DNA from: an uncultured Spirochaetota bacterium
GTDB lineage: Bacteria; Spirochaetota; Spirochaetia; SZUA-6; Fen-1364
Direction of reading: 5' to 3'
Length of the DNA stretch: 64,000 nucleotides
Assembly: GCA_963734545.1 (NCBI GenBank)
Contig: CAVTHO010000003.1
Coordinates: forward strand, 288,001-352,000
Numbering within the stretch: the stretch's first letter is position 1; each line of letters starts with the position of its first letter. The notes under the pieces are model-generated. The model was not told the DNA's origin and searched no databases. It saw only the letters and a program-made list of their open reading frames with translations. Made by a program: the position numbers and the translations under genes. Shown here piece after piece: positions 18,445 through 27,245 of this stretch.

Positions 18445-19767
18445 ATGGCAGGGAGAAACGTCGTCATCATGGGCGCCGCGGGGCGCGATTTTCACAACTT
18501 CAACTGCGTGTTCCGCGACGATGCCTCCGTGCGTGTCGTCGCCTTCACGGCCACCCAGATTCCCGACATCGCCGACCGAAGGTATCCGCCGGACCTGGCA
18601 GGCGCGCTCTATCCCGAGGGGATACCCATTGTCGCTGAAAGCGAGCTGGAGGAGCTTTTCAAGCGGCAGAAATTCGACGAGGCGGTGTTCTCCTATTCCG
18701 ACGTCTCCCACCAGCACGTGATGGAGCAGGCATCCCGCGTGGTCGCCCTGGGCGCGGACTTCAAGCTCCTTGCCGCCGCGCCGACCATGATCAAGTCTCA
18801 CGTGCCCGTCGTGGCAGTCTGCGCGGTGCGCACGGGAAGCGGCAAGAGCCAGACCACTCGGCGGGTCGCCCAGATACTGAAGGGCCTGGGCAAGAAACCG
18901 GTGATCGTCCGCCACCCCATGCCGTACGGCGATCTTTCCGAGCAGAAGGTGCAGCGTTTCGCGACGCTGGAAGACATGCGTGTGCACAAGTGCACCATCG
19001 AGGAGATGGAGGAATACGAGCCGCACATCGACGAGGGTTTTGTCGTCTACGCCGGTGTCGACTATGCCGCGATCCTCCGGCAGGCAGAAACGGAATGCGA
19101 CACGATTCTCTGGGACGGAGGCAACAATGACCTTCCGTTCTACGCGCCGGACGTGCATATCACGGTCGTCGATCCCCATCGGCCCGGGCACGAGCTCACG
19201 TACTTTCCCGGCAGGATCAACCTGGCCATGGCGCACGTGATCGTGATCAACAAGATGGACACCGCGACCCCCGCGGGCATCGAGAAGGTCCGCGCCAGCA
19301 TACTCGCGGTGAATCCGCGCGCGCAGGTGGTGGATGCCGCTTCCCCCATTTTCGTGGACAGGGCGGGGGAGATCCGCGGCAAGCGCGTCCTTGTCGTCGA
19401 GGACGGACCCACCCTCACTCACGGGGAGATGAGCTACGGGTCCGGCACCGTTGCCGCGAAGAAGCACGGCGCCGGCGAGATCGTCAATCCGCGGCCGTAT
19501 GTCACCGGCAAGATCAAGGCCACATTCGACAAGTACCCGGGCATAGGCGCGCTGCTGCCGGCAGTGGGCTACGGGGACGAGCAGGTGCGCGATCTGGAGG
19601 ACACGATCCGCCGGGTGCCCTGTGACCTCGTGATCGTCGCGACCCCGGTGGATCTCACCCGCATCATCAGGATTGACAAGCCGATGCTCCGCGTGCGCTA
19701 CGCGCTGCAGGAGATCGGCACGCCGAATCTGGAAGACGTATTGAAAGCGAGGTTGAAATGGCGGTAG
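18445..19767 (+). CDS. arcE: Probable arginine synthetase (ArcE-like; often annotated as GTPase or cyclic 2,3-diphosphoglycerate synthase-like)
   Basis: GAAGRDFHNFN, FTATQIP, RTGSGKSQT, RHPMPYGDL, WDGGNND, EDGPTLTHG; overlaps the OTC gene. Confidence 0.72.
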   Translation: MAGRNVVIMGAAGRDFHNFNCVFRDDASVRVVAFTATQIPDIADRRYPPDLAGALYPEGIPIVAESELEELFKRQKFDEAVFSYSDVSHQHVMEQASRVVALGADFKLLAAAPTMIKSHVPVVAVCAVRTGSGKSQTTRRVAQILKGLGKKPVIVRHPMPYGDLSEQKVQRFATLEDMRVHKCTIEEMEEYEPHIDEGFVVYAGVDYAAILRQAETECDTILWDGGNNDLPFYAPDVHITVVDPHRPGHELTYFPGRINLAMAHVIVINKMDTATPAGIEKVRASILAVNPRAQVVDAASPIFVDRAGEIRGKRVLVVEDGPTLTHGEMSYGSGTVAAKKHGAGEIVNPRPYVTGKIKATFDKYPGIGALLPAVGYGDEQVRDLEDTIRRVPCDLVIVATPVDLTRIIRIDKPMLRVRYALQEIGTPNLEDVLKARLKWR

Positions 19768-20699
19768 ATCTCAAGGGAAGGTCCCTGCTCACGCTCAAGG
19801 ACTGGACACCGGAGGAAGTGCGCCACGTGCTGGACCTCTCGCGGCGCGTGAAGAAGGAGCGCGGGAACGGAAAGCGGCAGGAGCGTTTCAAGGGCATGAC
19901 CCTCGCCCTGCTGTTCGAGAAGCGCTCCACGCGCACGCGGTGCGCATTCGAGACTGCATTCGGCGAGGAAGGCGGGCACCCGGTGTTCCTGTCCACGGCG
20001 GACATCCACCTCGGCACAAAGGAAGCCGTGGAGGACACGGCCCGGGTCTTTGGCCGCATGTTCGACGCCATCCAGTTCCGCGGCTTTTCGCAATCGACCG
20101 TGGAGACGCTGGCGCACTGGGCGGGGGTGCCCGTGTACAACGGACTGACGGACGACTGGCATCCTACCCAGGTCCTCGCGGATCTGATGACGCTGGAGGA
20201 AACCATGGGTTCCCTTCCGGGCAGGAAGCTCGTCTTTGTCGGAGACGGAAGGAACAATGTCGCCCACACGCTGCTCGTCGGCTGCTCCCAGATGGGCGTG
20301 CACATCACGATCGTTGCGCCCGCATCATTATCGCCGGCGCAGGAACACGTGGAATGGGCGCGGGCAATGGGCGCGAAGACGGGCGCGCAGGTCCTTGTCA
20401 CGAGCGATGTGGAGACAGGCGTGAAGGGCGCGGACGCGGTCTACACCGATGTCTGGGTTTCGATGGGTGAAGAGGAGAAGAGCGCCGAACGCATCGCCCT
20501 TCTTGCCCCTTACCAGGTAAATGACGCAATGATGGAGAAGACCGGCAACCCGAAGGCCATTTTCCTGCACTGCCTGCCCGCGGTGAAAGGCAAGGAGGTC
20601 ACCGTGCAGGTGATCGAGGGAAGCAGGTCACGCGTCTGGGACGAGGCGGAGAACCGCAAGCATACGATCAAGGCGATGATGCTCGCCACGCTCCATTGA
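19758..20699 (+). CDS. argF: Ornithine carbamoyltransferase
   Basis: STRTR, HPTQ, DVWVSMG, HCLP, AENR. Confidence 0.95.
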   Translation: MAVDLKGRSLLTLKDWTPEEVRHVLDLSRRVKKERGNGKRQERFKGMTLALLFEKRSTRTRCAFETAFGEEGGHPVFLSTADIHLGTKEAVEDTARVFGRMFDAIQFRGFSQSTVETLAHWAGVPVYNGLTDDWHPTQVLADLMTLEETMGSLPGRKLVFVGDGRNNVAHTLLVGCSQMGVHITIVAPASLSPAQEHVEWARAMGAKTGAQVLVTSDVETGVKGADAVYTDVWVSMGEEEKSAERIALLAPYQVNDAMMEKTGNPKAIFLHCLPAVKGKEVTVQVIEGSRSRVWDEAENRKHTIKAMMLATLH

Positions 20700-20772
20700 G
20701 AATAGCCTTGAAATGGCGTGTGAAACCACTATTATATGAGTTGTGGACTTTCACAGTGTCAGGAGGCTCCGG

Positions 20773-21189
20773 ATGAAGAAGGCAGTCATACTATTCGCGG
20801 CAGCGCTGTTTCTGCTGGCGAGCCTTCCCGTTTTCTCGCAGGCTCAGAACACCTACGCGAAGGATGTCTACTATAAGACCCTCCCGCTCCTGAAGGTCTG
20901 GGTGCACGATCTGGGCTACAAGGTGCAGTTCTTCAACAGCAATTCCCGGGTATCGGACATCTACGTGCCCCTGACCTGGTTCAACAAAGGCGGGCTTTCC
21001 AAGGCGAATATCGTGTATGGAAACGAGAAAGGCTTCCCCTACTGCTCCATCGTCTGGGTGGACGGCGCATTCGAGCACATCACCCTGTATCTTCTCAACG
21101 ATTTCGAATCCCAGACGTGGGGCGTGCTGAACGTGCCGGGTGACCTGAGCGCCCAGTTCAATGTCCAGGAAGTTCCAAAGGAGTTCTGA
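20773..21189 (+). CDS. Hypothetical secreted protein
   Basis: SD AGGAGG; signal peptide MKKAVILFAAALF; host-like codon use. Confidence 0.75.
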   Translation: MKKAVILFAAALFLLASLPVFSQAQNTYAKDVYYKTLPLLKVWVHDLGYKVQFFNSNSRVSDIYVPLTWFNKGGLSKANIVYGNEKGFPYCSIVWVDGAFEHITLYLLNDFESQTWGVLNVPGDLSAQFNVQEVPKEF

Positions 21190-21206
21190 GCCTACCGGCT
21201 CACTGC

Positions 21207-22376
21207 ATGCTTGACATCCTGAAATCGCAAAAAGCCATCCGGGAGGAAGGCCTCGCGGCATGGCTTCTCTACAATGTGTTCCACAGGGACGAGATCGCCG
21301 AGCTGGTGCTGGAGGTGCCGTCCGAGCGCACCAACACGAGGCCGTGGGTGTGCATCCTTTTCCCTGACAGGCTGCCGGTGAAGATTGCCCACGTCATCGA
21401 GCCGTCAATCCTCGGTCACGTTCCCGGCGACACGGTTCTCTATTCCTCGCGCGATGAGTTCACACGGGCGGTCGCCAAGGCGCTGCCGGCGAACGGGAAG
21501 GTGGCAGCGGATTACTCCACCGGCATTCCCGTGGGCTCGTTTCTCGACCATGGCACGGCGCTGTTTCTCCAGTCCCTGGGCGCCCAGCTCGCGCCTGCGG
21601 AAAGCCTCGTTGCCCGCTATCTCGGGACCATCGACAGGCAGGGCAGGGAATCTCACGAGAGAGCGGGCAGGGTATTGTACGCGGCAATCGAAGAGGCATG
21701 GACAAGGGTTGCGGCGGCCATGCAGGGAGGCCGTGTCGTACGCGAGGGCGAAGTGCGCGACTGGATAGCCCGCGCAATCGCGGATGCCGGGCTGGTGCAC
21801 GAGGGCCAGCCTGTTGCGGGCGCGGGCCGTCACACCGCGGATCCTCACTTCGGCGTCTCGGGCAGCGGCGCGCCGCTGGAAAAGGGTGACGTGGTCCAGT
21901 TCGACGTCTGGGCGCGGGAGAAGTCACCCGGCGCCGTCTTCGCCGACATCTCCTGGCTCGGCGTCTGCGCCTCCTCCCCGACCCCCGTTCAGAAAAAGGT
22001 GTTCGACGCCGTTCTGGAGGCGCGGGAAGCGGCACTCTCCCTTCTCCAGCGCAGCTTTGCCCAGGGGGCGCCGGTGCGGGGCGCGGATGTCGACCGCGAA
22101 GCCCGCGCGGTCCTTGCCCGGCGCGGCTTCGAGAATGCCATTCGACACAGGACGGGGCATTCCATCGGGACCCGGGTGCACGGGTTCGGGGTGAACCTCG
22201 ACTCCGTCGAGTTTCCGGATGAACGGGTCATCACCGAAGGCTCCTGCTTTTCGATCGAGCCGGGGATCTACCTGGAGCAGTTCGGCATGCGCACCGAGAT
22301 CGATTGCTGCATTCGCGGCGGACGCCCGGAGGTGACCGGGGGGGAGCGCCAGTCCGCGCTCCTCACCCTGGAGTAG
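21207..22376 (+). CDS. M24-family aminopeptidase (Xaa-Pro)
   Basis: DPH, FADIS, HRTGHSIG, FSIEPGIY, MRTE. Confidence 0.9.
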   Translation: MLDILKSQKAIREEGLAAWLLYNVFHRDEIAELVLEVPSERTNTRPWVCILFPDRLPVKIAHVIEPSILGHVPGDTVLYSSRDEFTRAVAKALPANGKVAADYSTGIPVGSFLDHGTALFLQSLGAQLAPAESLVARYLGTIDRQGRESHERAGRVLYAAIEEAWTRVAAAMQGGRVVREGEVRDWIARAIADAGLVHEGQPVAGAGRHTADPHFGVSGSGAPLEKGDVVQFDVWAREKSPGAVFADISWLGVCASSPTPVQKKVFDAVLEAREAALSLLQRSFAQGAPVRGADVDREARAVLARRGFENAIRHRTGHSIGTRVHGFGVNLDSVEFPDERVITEGSCFSIEPGIYLEQFGMRTEIDCCIRGGRPEVTGGERQSALLTLE

Positions 22377-22380
22377 GCGC

Positions 22381-23346
22381 ATGTACGACTGCCGGGATGC
22401 TGCACAGTTCATCCGCTCGCATTCCTCTTTTCTCGTGCTCGGCCACAAGGAGCCGGATGGGGACTGCATCGCTTCGCAGCTCACCATTGCTGCCCTGCTC
22501 GAGGCCCTGGGCAAGACGGCGAGCCTCCATTCCGTCGGACCTTTCGACAGGCCGGAGATCTCGTCATTCAACTCCCTGTTCTCCGCGCGCATTCCGGATG
22601 AGAAGCGGACGGGAGCTGCCGCGATAATCGTGGACTGCTCGACCCCGGACCGCACGGGCGCCCTCGGAGAACGGGTGAAGGATCTTCCCTGCCTGGTGAT
22701 CGACCATCACTCCGCGGGGGAGCTCTTCGGGAGCGCGCGCGTCGTGGAGCCCTCGGCCCCTTCCACCACGATGCTGGTGCTCCAGCTCTTCGAGGACATG
22801 GGCGTGGCCCTGAAGGCCGAGACGGGCAGGCTGCTGCTGTTCGGTCTGTGCACCGACACCGGCTTTTTTCGTCACCTCGGTCAGAACAGCGCGGAAACCT
22901 TCCGCGCCGTCGCGCGGCTGGTGGAAACAGGCACGTCGACCGCCGAGGTGTACATGATGATGTACGGGAGGCGCGCGCTTTCCGGCAGGAAGCTGCTGGC
23001 GGAAATGCTCGCGCGGGTGGAGAGCCACTGGGACGACCGTCTGCTTCTGACCTGGCAGACGATTGCGGACCGGGCGCGGCTGGGCGAGGCCCAGCGGGGA
23101 GAGGACGACCTCTACCGGCTGCTGCAGACCATCAAGGGGAACATGGTCGTCGCGCTGGTCAAGGAGGAGGCGGAAGGCGTCTTCTCCGTGGGTCTGCGCT
23201 CCAATTCCTCCCAGGACGTGGGTGCCATCGCGGCTTCCTTCGGGGGCGGCGGGCACCGCCAGGCGTCCGGCTTCGACATTTCCGGCACGCTGGAGACCGT
23301 GAAGAAAACCCTCATCGATACATTCTCTCCGCTGCTGGCGGAATAG
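22381..23346 (+). CDS. nrnA: DHH/DHHA1 phosphoesterase (oligoribonuclease/pAp phosphatase)
   Basis: HKEPDGD, IDHH, TDTGFF, GGGGH. Confidence 0.88.
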   Translation: MYDCRDAAQFIRSHSSFLVLGHKEPDGDCIASQLTIAALLEALGKTASLHSVGPFDRPEISSFNSLFSARIPDEKRTGAAAIIVDCSTPDRTGALGERVKDLPCLVIDHHSAGELFGSARVVEPSAPSTTMLVLQLFEDMGVALKAETGRLLLFGLCTDTGFFRHLGQNSAETFRAVARLVETGTSTAEVYMMMYGRRALSGRKLLAEMLARVESHWDDRLLLTWQTIADRARLGEAQRGEDDLYRLLQTIKGNMVVALVKEEAEGVFSVGLRSNSSQDVGAIAASFGGGGHRQASGFDISGTLETVKKTLIDTFSPLLAE

Positions 23347-23483
23347 CCGCCGCGCGCTGCGCCCGGCGCCGGGTTTTTGTAAGCGAATGTTAAGGGAGGG
23401 GCGCGCGTTGCCCCTTCTCCGTCTTTCATCCTGGCACATCTCTTGCTCTTTCCTCCGCGCGCGTCAGTGCGCAGGAGGAAAAA

Positions 23484-24350
23484 ATGGAAAGTCTCACTGA
23501 AAAAGTGCTCCTGTATCAGAAGACCCGGGAAGGCCTGCACGACATCGTCAGCGCGCTCGCTCCCCGGGTGTACCAGTTTCCAAGGCGGAAGATGGGCTGG
23601 GATGAAGATGCCTGCGGCGAGTTTTTTGTCTTTGTCCATCCCCGCCTGATCCGGCTGCTGGATCGGTTCAACGACCAGGGCAAGCCCTTCGAATCCTATC
23701 TGTCAGCGGTGCTCAACTGGCAGCTTCGCAACTTTGCGCGCGACAGGAAGCGCGGGGAAAGATCGTGGAACGTTTCGCTGCGGCTCGACGCGGAGGATCC
23801 CGAGGCGCAGGAGACGAGGGAGAGGCTCGTGTCGGAACCGACGGCCGAAATCGTGCGCGTGCCGGGGGACTTTGCCGCCCTCATCAGGAGCGATGCGGAC
23901 CGAAGGAACTTCCTCTTTCTGGCGCTCAAGTGCGCCCGTACGATCGGTCCTGAAAATGCCCCTGCGCTGGCGGCCGCAGCCGGGATCGATGAGAGCCGGA
24001 TCCTCAGCCTGTCAGCCTCACTGAGGGAAATGCGTGCTCCACGGGAGCTCAGGCTGGAAGTCTTTCGCGCCCGGCGAAACCGGGCGTTTGCCCAGTCCCG
24101 GCTCCTTGAAACCGAGCTCCAGGCAGAAGTCGAGGCCGAGCGCGCCGCTGTTCTGCGCGCTTCGCTCGTAAAGGCCCGGCGGCGGATGCGCGCGGCCATG
24201 CACCGGATGGCGCGGGTGAAGCTCGCGCCGACCAACAGGGAGATCGCCCGGGCCGTGGGGGTGCCCAAGGGCACCGTGGATTCAGGTCTCTACTGGTTGA
24301 AGAGGAAACTCGCGTCGGTATATGATCCCGACATCCCGAGGCAGGCATGA
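23484..24350 (+). CDS. Divergent sigma70-like DNA-binding protein
   Basis: Region-2-like LLDRF...PFESYL and C-terminal HTH TNREIARAVGVPKGTVDSGL. Confidence 0.6.
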   Translation: MESLTEKVLLYQKTREGLHDIVSALAPRVYQFPRRKMGWDEDACGEFFVFVHPRLIRLLDRFNDQGKPFESYLSAVLNWQLRNFARDRKRGERSWNVSLRLDAEDPEAQETRERLVSEPTAEIVRVPGDFAALIRSDADRRNFLFLALKCARTIGPENAPALAAAAGIDESRILSLSASLREMRAPRELRLEVFRARRNRAFAQSRLLETELQAEVEAERAAVLRASLVKARRRMRAAMHRMARVKLAPTNREIARAVGVPKGTVDSGLYWLKRKLASVYDPDIPRQA

Positions 24351-24946
24351 TGGAAATGGAATTTCTCCTCGCATCGAATAATGCACACAAGCACCAGGAG
24401 TTCGTCCGCCTGTTCCCCGGGATTCGCATCCTCATGCCGCGCGATGCGGGCCTGGAATTCGAGTTCGAAGAGACGGCGGACACCTTCCTGGAGAACGCCT
24501 ACGGCAAGGCCATGGCCCTCTTTCACGAGGTGAAACGGCCCGTGATAGGGGACGATTCCGGGTTGTGCGTGCAGGCGCTGGGCGGGGAGCCGGGCATTCT
24601 CTCCTCACGCTACGGATCAGGGGCCGGGGGCGTGGTCCTCGACGCGCCCCGGCGCAACGCCTACCTGTTGGACAGGATGGAGGGCATCCAGGACCGCGCC
24701 GCGTATTTTGTGTGCTGCCTGGTGCTCGTCTTCGAGGAGAGTCGGTTCGTGGCGGTCCAGGAAACGGTCCACGGCCGCATCGCAGAGGGCCCCCGCGGGG
24801 AAAACGGCTTCGGCTACGACCCCCTTTTCATCGTGCCGGGGCACGAGAAGACCATCGCGGAGCTTCCCGACCAGGAAAAGGATGCGATCTCGCACCGCGG
24901 CCTGGCGGCCCGCCGCATCCTCGCCATGTTGCGCGGCGAAAGCTGA
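24347..24946 (+). CDS. rdgB: Non-canonical purine NTP pyrophosphatase (RdgB/HAM1)
   Basis: ASNNAHK, DDSGL, GFGYDPLF, ISHRG. Confidence 0.95.
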   Translation: MMEMEFLLASNNAHKHQEFVRLFPGIRILMPRDAGLEFEFEETADTFLENAYGKAMALFHEVKRPVIGDDSGLCVQALGGEPGILSSRYGSGAGGVVLDAPRRNAYLLDRMEGIQDRAAYFVCCLVLVFEESRFVAVQETVHGRIAEGPRGENGFGYDPLFIVPGHEKTIAELPDQEKDAISHRGLAARRILAMLRGES

Positions 24947-24962
24947 AGAGAGAGGAGCGTCC

Positions 24963-26015
24963 ATGGACCTGATTTCCACGTACGTCAACGGCGTGTCCGA
25001 GCTCACCAATTTCTCCCGCTCCCTCGAGGAGGCGCCCCTCATCGTGGACGTGATAGTCAACCCGCACGCGGGGTTCTTCAAGAGCCAGGCCACCGTGCGG
25101 AAGCTGATCCAGGAGCTCGAGAGCAAGCTCGATGACCTGCGCCGCAGCCATCCCCGCCGGAAAGTGGAAATCAATACCGTTCACTTCACCGAACGTCCCG
25201 GGCACGCGCGTCTCATCACCGAGGGGATCATGAACACGGAGGTGAAATCCGCTTCGGGGATCGAGCGGCTCCTGATCGGCTGCGGGGGTGACGGGACGAG
25301 CAATGAGATCTGCTCGGCGCTGGTGCACGCGGATGCCTCCCTGCTGGAAAGGCTGAAGCTCCTTCGGCTCCCGCTGGGCACCGGCAACGATGTGGCGGAT
25401 GCGCATACGTTCGGGGACGCGTACGACCTGATCCTCGGCTCCCAGCGGACGGAGAAGACGGGCGCGCTCCTCGTGACGGCCGGAGCCGGCGAGCCGCGCT
25501 ATTCCTTCAACGTGGGGAGCATCGGGCTGGACGCCTACATCGCCGGTCTGACCAACCGGTTCAAACGCGTCATCCCCGGCGACGCATACAAGTCCCTCGT
25601 CGATTTCGGCTCCCTTTTCTACGAGCAGAGAGTGAATCCCCAGCCCATGGAGGTCACGATCCACAATGAGAACGGGGAAACGAAGATCGCCGCCTTTGTT
25701 CCGTCCATGGTGGTGGTCGGGATCAGCGGCGCACGGACCTACGGAGGACATCTGCCGGTCCTTCCGGGCAATGAGAACGTTTGCCTTATCGGCAGGATGA
25801 GCGCGCTGAGGAAGATACGCGTCAAGAAGCTGTTCTATCTGGGCAAGCATGGGGAGCTTCCCGAGGTGAGCTTCTACCGCGCGTACAAGGTGGATGTCCA
25901 CTACAATGGGCGAATCCCCATGCAGCTCGATGGGGAGCTCACCTGGCTGGACCCGGGGGATTTCCCCATCACGATGCAGATCCTGGAGCCCAAGATCAAG
26001 GTATTGCGCAACTAG
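24963..26015 (+). CDS. Diacylglycerol/lipid kinase family protein
   Basis: IVNPHAG, GGDGT, LPLGTGND, QLDGE. Confidence 0.88.
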   Translation: MDLISTYVNGVSELTNFSRSLEEAPLIVDVIVNPHAGFFKSQATVRKLIQELESKLDDLRRSHPRRKVEINTVHFTERPGHARLITEGIMNTEVKSASGIERLLIGCGGDGTSNEICSALVHADASLLERLKLLRLPLGTGNDVADAHTFGDAYDLILGSQRTEKTGALLVTAGAGEPRYSFNVGSIGLDAYIAGLTNRFKRVIPGDAYKSLVDFGSLFYEQRVNPQPMEVTIHNENGETKIAAFVPSMVVVGISGARTYGGHLPVLPGNENVCLIGRMSALRKIRVKKLFYLGKHGELPEVSFYRAYKVDVHYNGRIPMQLDGELTWLDPGDFPITMQILEPKIKVLRN

Positions 26016-26016
26016 C

Positions 26017-27198
26017 ATGGAACACGATCCCCGCTCCGGCCGTGTCACTCTCACGGACGCGGACAGGCGCAGGGGGCTTTTCTTCGTCGCCCTGGCCGCC
26101 GCGTTCGTCGGCGTGGCGCTCACGCTCCAGATCACGCTCAACAACAACTTCCTCGTGGAGGAAATCGGCATCAGCGGCTTTCAAGCCGGCCTCCTGGAGG
26201 CGGTGCGGGAAAGCTGCGGCATCGCTGCCCTGGGGGTATTCGTCCTCATAGCCGGGCTCACCGAGCCGGTCATCGCCTCGCTCTTCCTCGTGCTGATCGC
26301 CGTGGGCATGGGCTCGTATTCCCTGGCGCCCACGTACAGGTTCGTGATGCTGCTGAGTGTCACGTGGAGCCTGGGTTTCCACGTCTGGACGCCGCTTCCC
26401 AACTCCATGACTCTCGCCCTGGCGGAGCCGGGCAGGGCGGGGGCCCGTCTGGGACAGGTCGGCGCCGCGGGCGCCCTGGGCTCCGCGGCAGGGCTCGGCA
26501 TTGCGTTCGCCCTGACCCTGCTCGGCGTGAGGATCCGGCCCTTGTACGTGATTGCCGGAGCTGCCGCGCTCCTGGCCGCGGCGGCCTGCCTGGGTATTCC
26601 GCGGCGGATCAAGGCTGCGGGCCCCAGCTTCGTCTTCCGCAGGCGCTATGCCCGCTACTACGTGCTGAACTTTCTCGAGGGCTGGCGCAAGCAGATCGCG
26701 ATAGCATTCGGCGGCTTCCTCCTGGTGAAAGTCCACAATGCGGGGCTCCTCGACATCATCGTGCTCGCCGCCCTCATCCAGACCATCGGCTACTTCGCTT
26801 CCCCGCGCATCGGGAAGCTGATCGACCGGGTGGGGGAGCGCAAGGTGCTCGTCTTCTACTATTCCCTGGTGACGGTGCTGTTCATCGGCTACGCGCTCAT
26901 CCGCGCCAAGTATGTGCTCTACGCGGTCTACGTGCTCGACAACGCCACATTCGTGTTCAATACGGGCCTCACGACGTACGTGAACAAGATCGCGCCCCCG
27001 AGCGAGCATCGCCCGACTCTGAGCATGGGCGTGGCGGCAAACCATGTCGCTTCGGTTGCCATGCCCTTTCTCGGCGGAATCCTTTGGACTATACTCGGCT
27101 ATCAGTGGGCCTTCCTGATCGGGATTCCTGCTGCCGCGGCGAGCATCGCGATCGTGCTCAAGATGCCGCGGGGGACGTCGCAAGCGGTGCAGACCTGA
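26017..27198 (+). CDS. MFS transporter
   Basis: About 12 hydrophobic segments; GKLIDRVGER motif. Confidence 0.85.
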   Translation: MEHDPRSGRVTLTDADRRRGLFFVALAAAFVGVALTLQITLNNNFLVEEIGISGFQAGLLEAVRESCGIAALGVFVLIAGLTEPVIASLFLVLIAVGMGSYSLAPTYRFVMLLSVTWSLGFHVWTPLPNSMTLALAEPGRAGARLGQVGAAGALGSAAGLGIAFALTLLGVRIRPLYVIAGAAALLAAAACLGIPRRIKAAGPSFVFRRRYARYYVLNFLEGWRKQIAIAFGGFLLVKVHNAGLLDIIVLAALIQTIGYFASPRIGKLIDRVGERKVLVFYYSLVTVLFIGYALIRAKYVLYAVYVLDNATFVFNTGLTTYVNKIAPPSEHRPTLSMGVAANHVASVAMPFLGGILWTILGYQWAFLIGIPAAAASIAIVLKMPRGTSQAVQT

Positions 27199-27245
27199 CC
27201 GGCGTGCCGGTGGAGTGAACCGCGGTCTTGGGGGGGTACCGACGA

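Noticed and set aside
23362-23378. Terminator after nrnA
   Set aside because: CCCGGCGCCGGG plus T5 gives only a short stem with a minimal loop; too weak to call.
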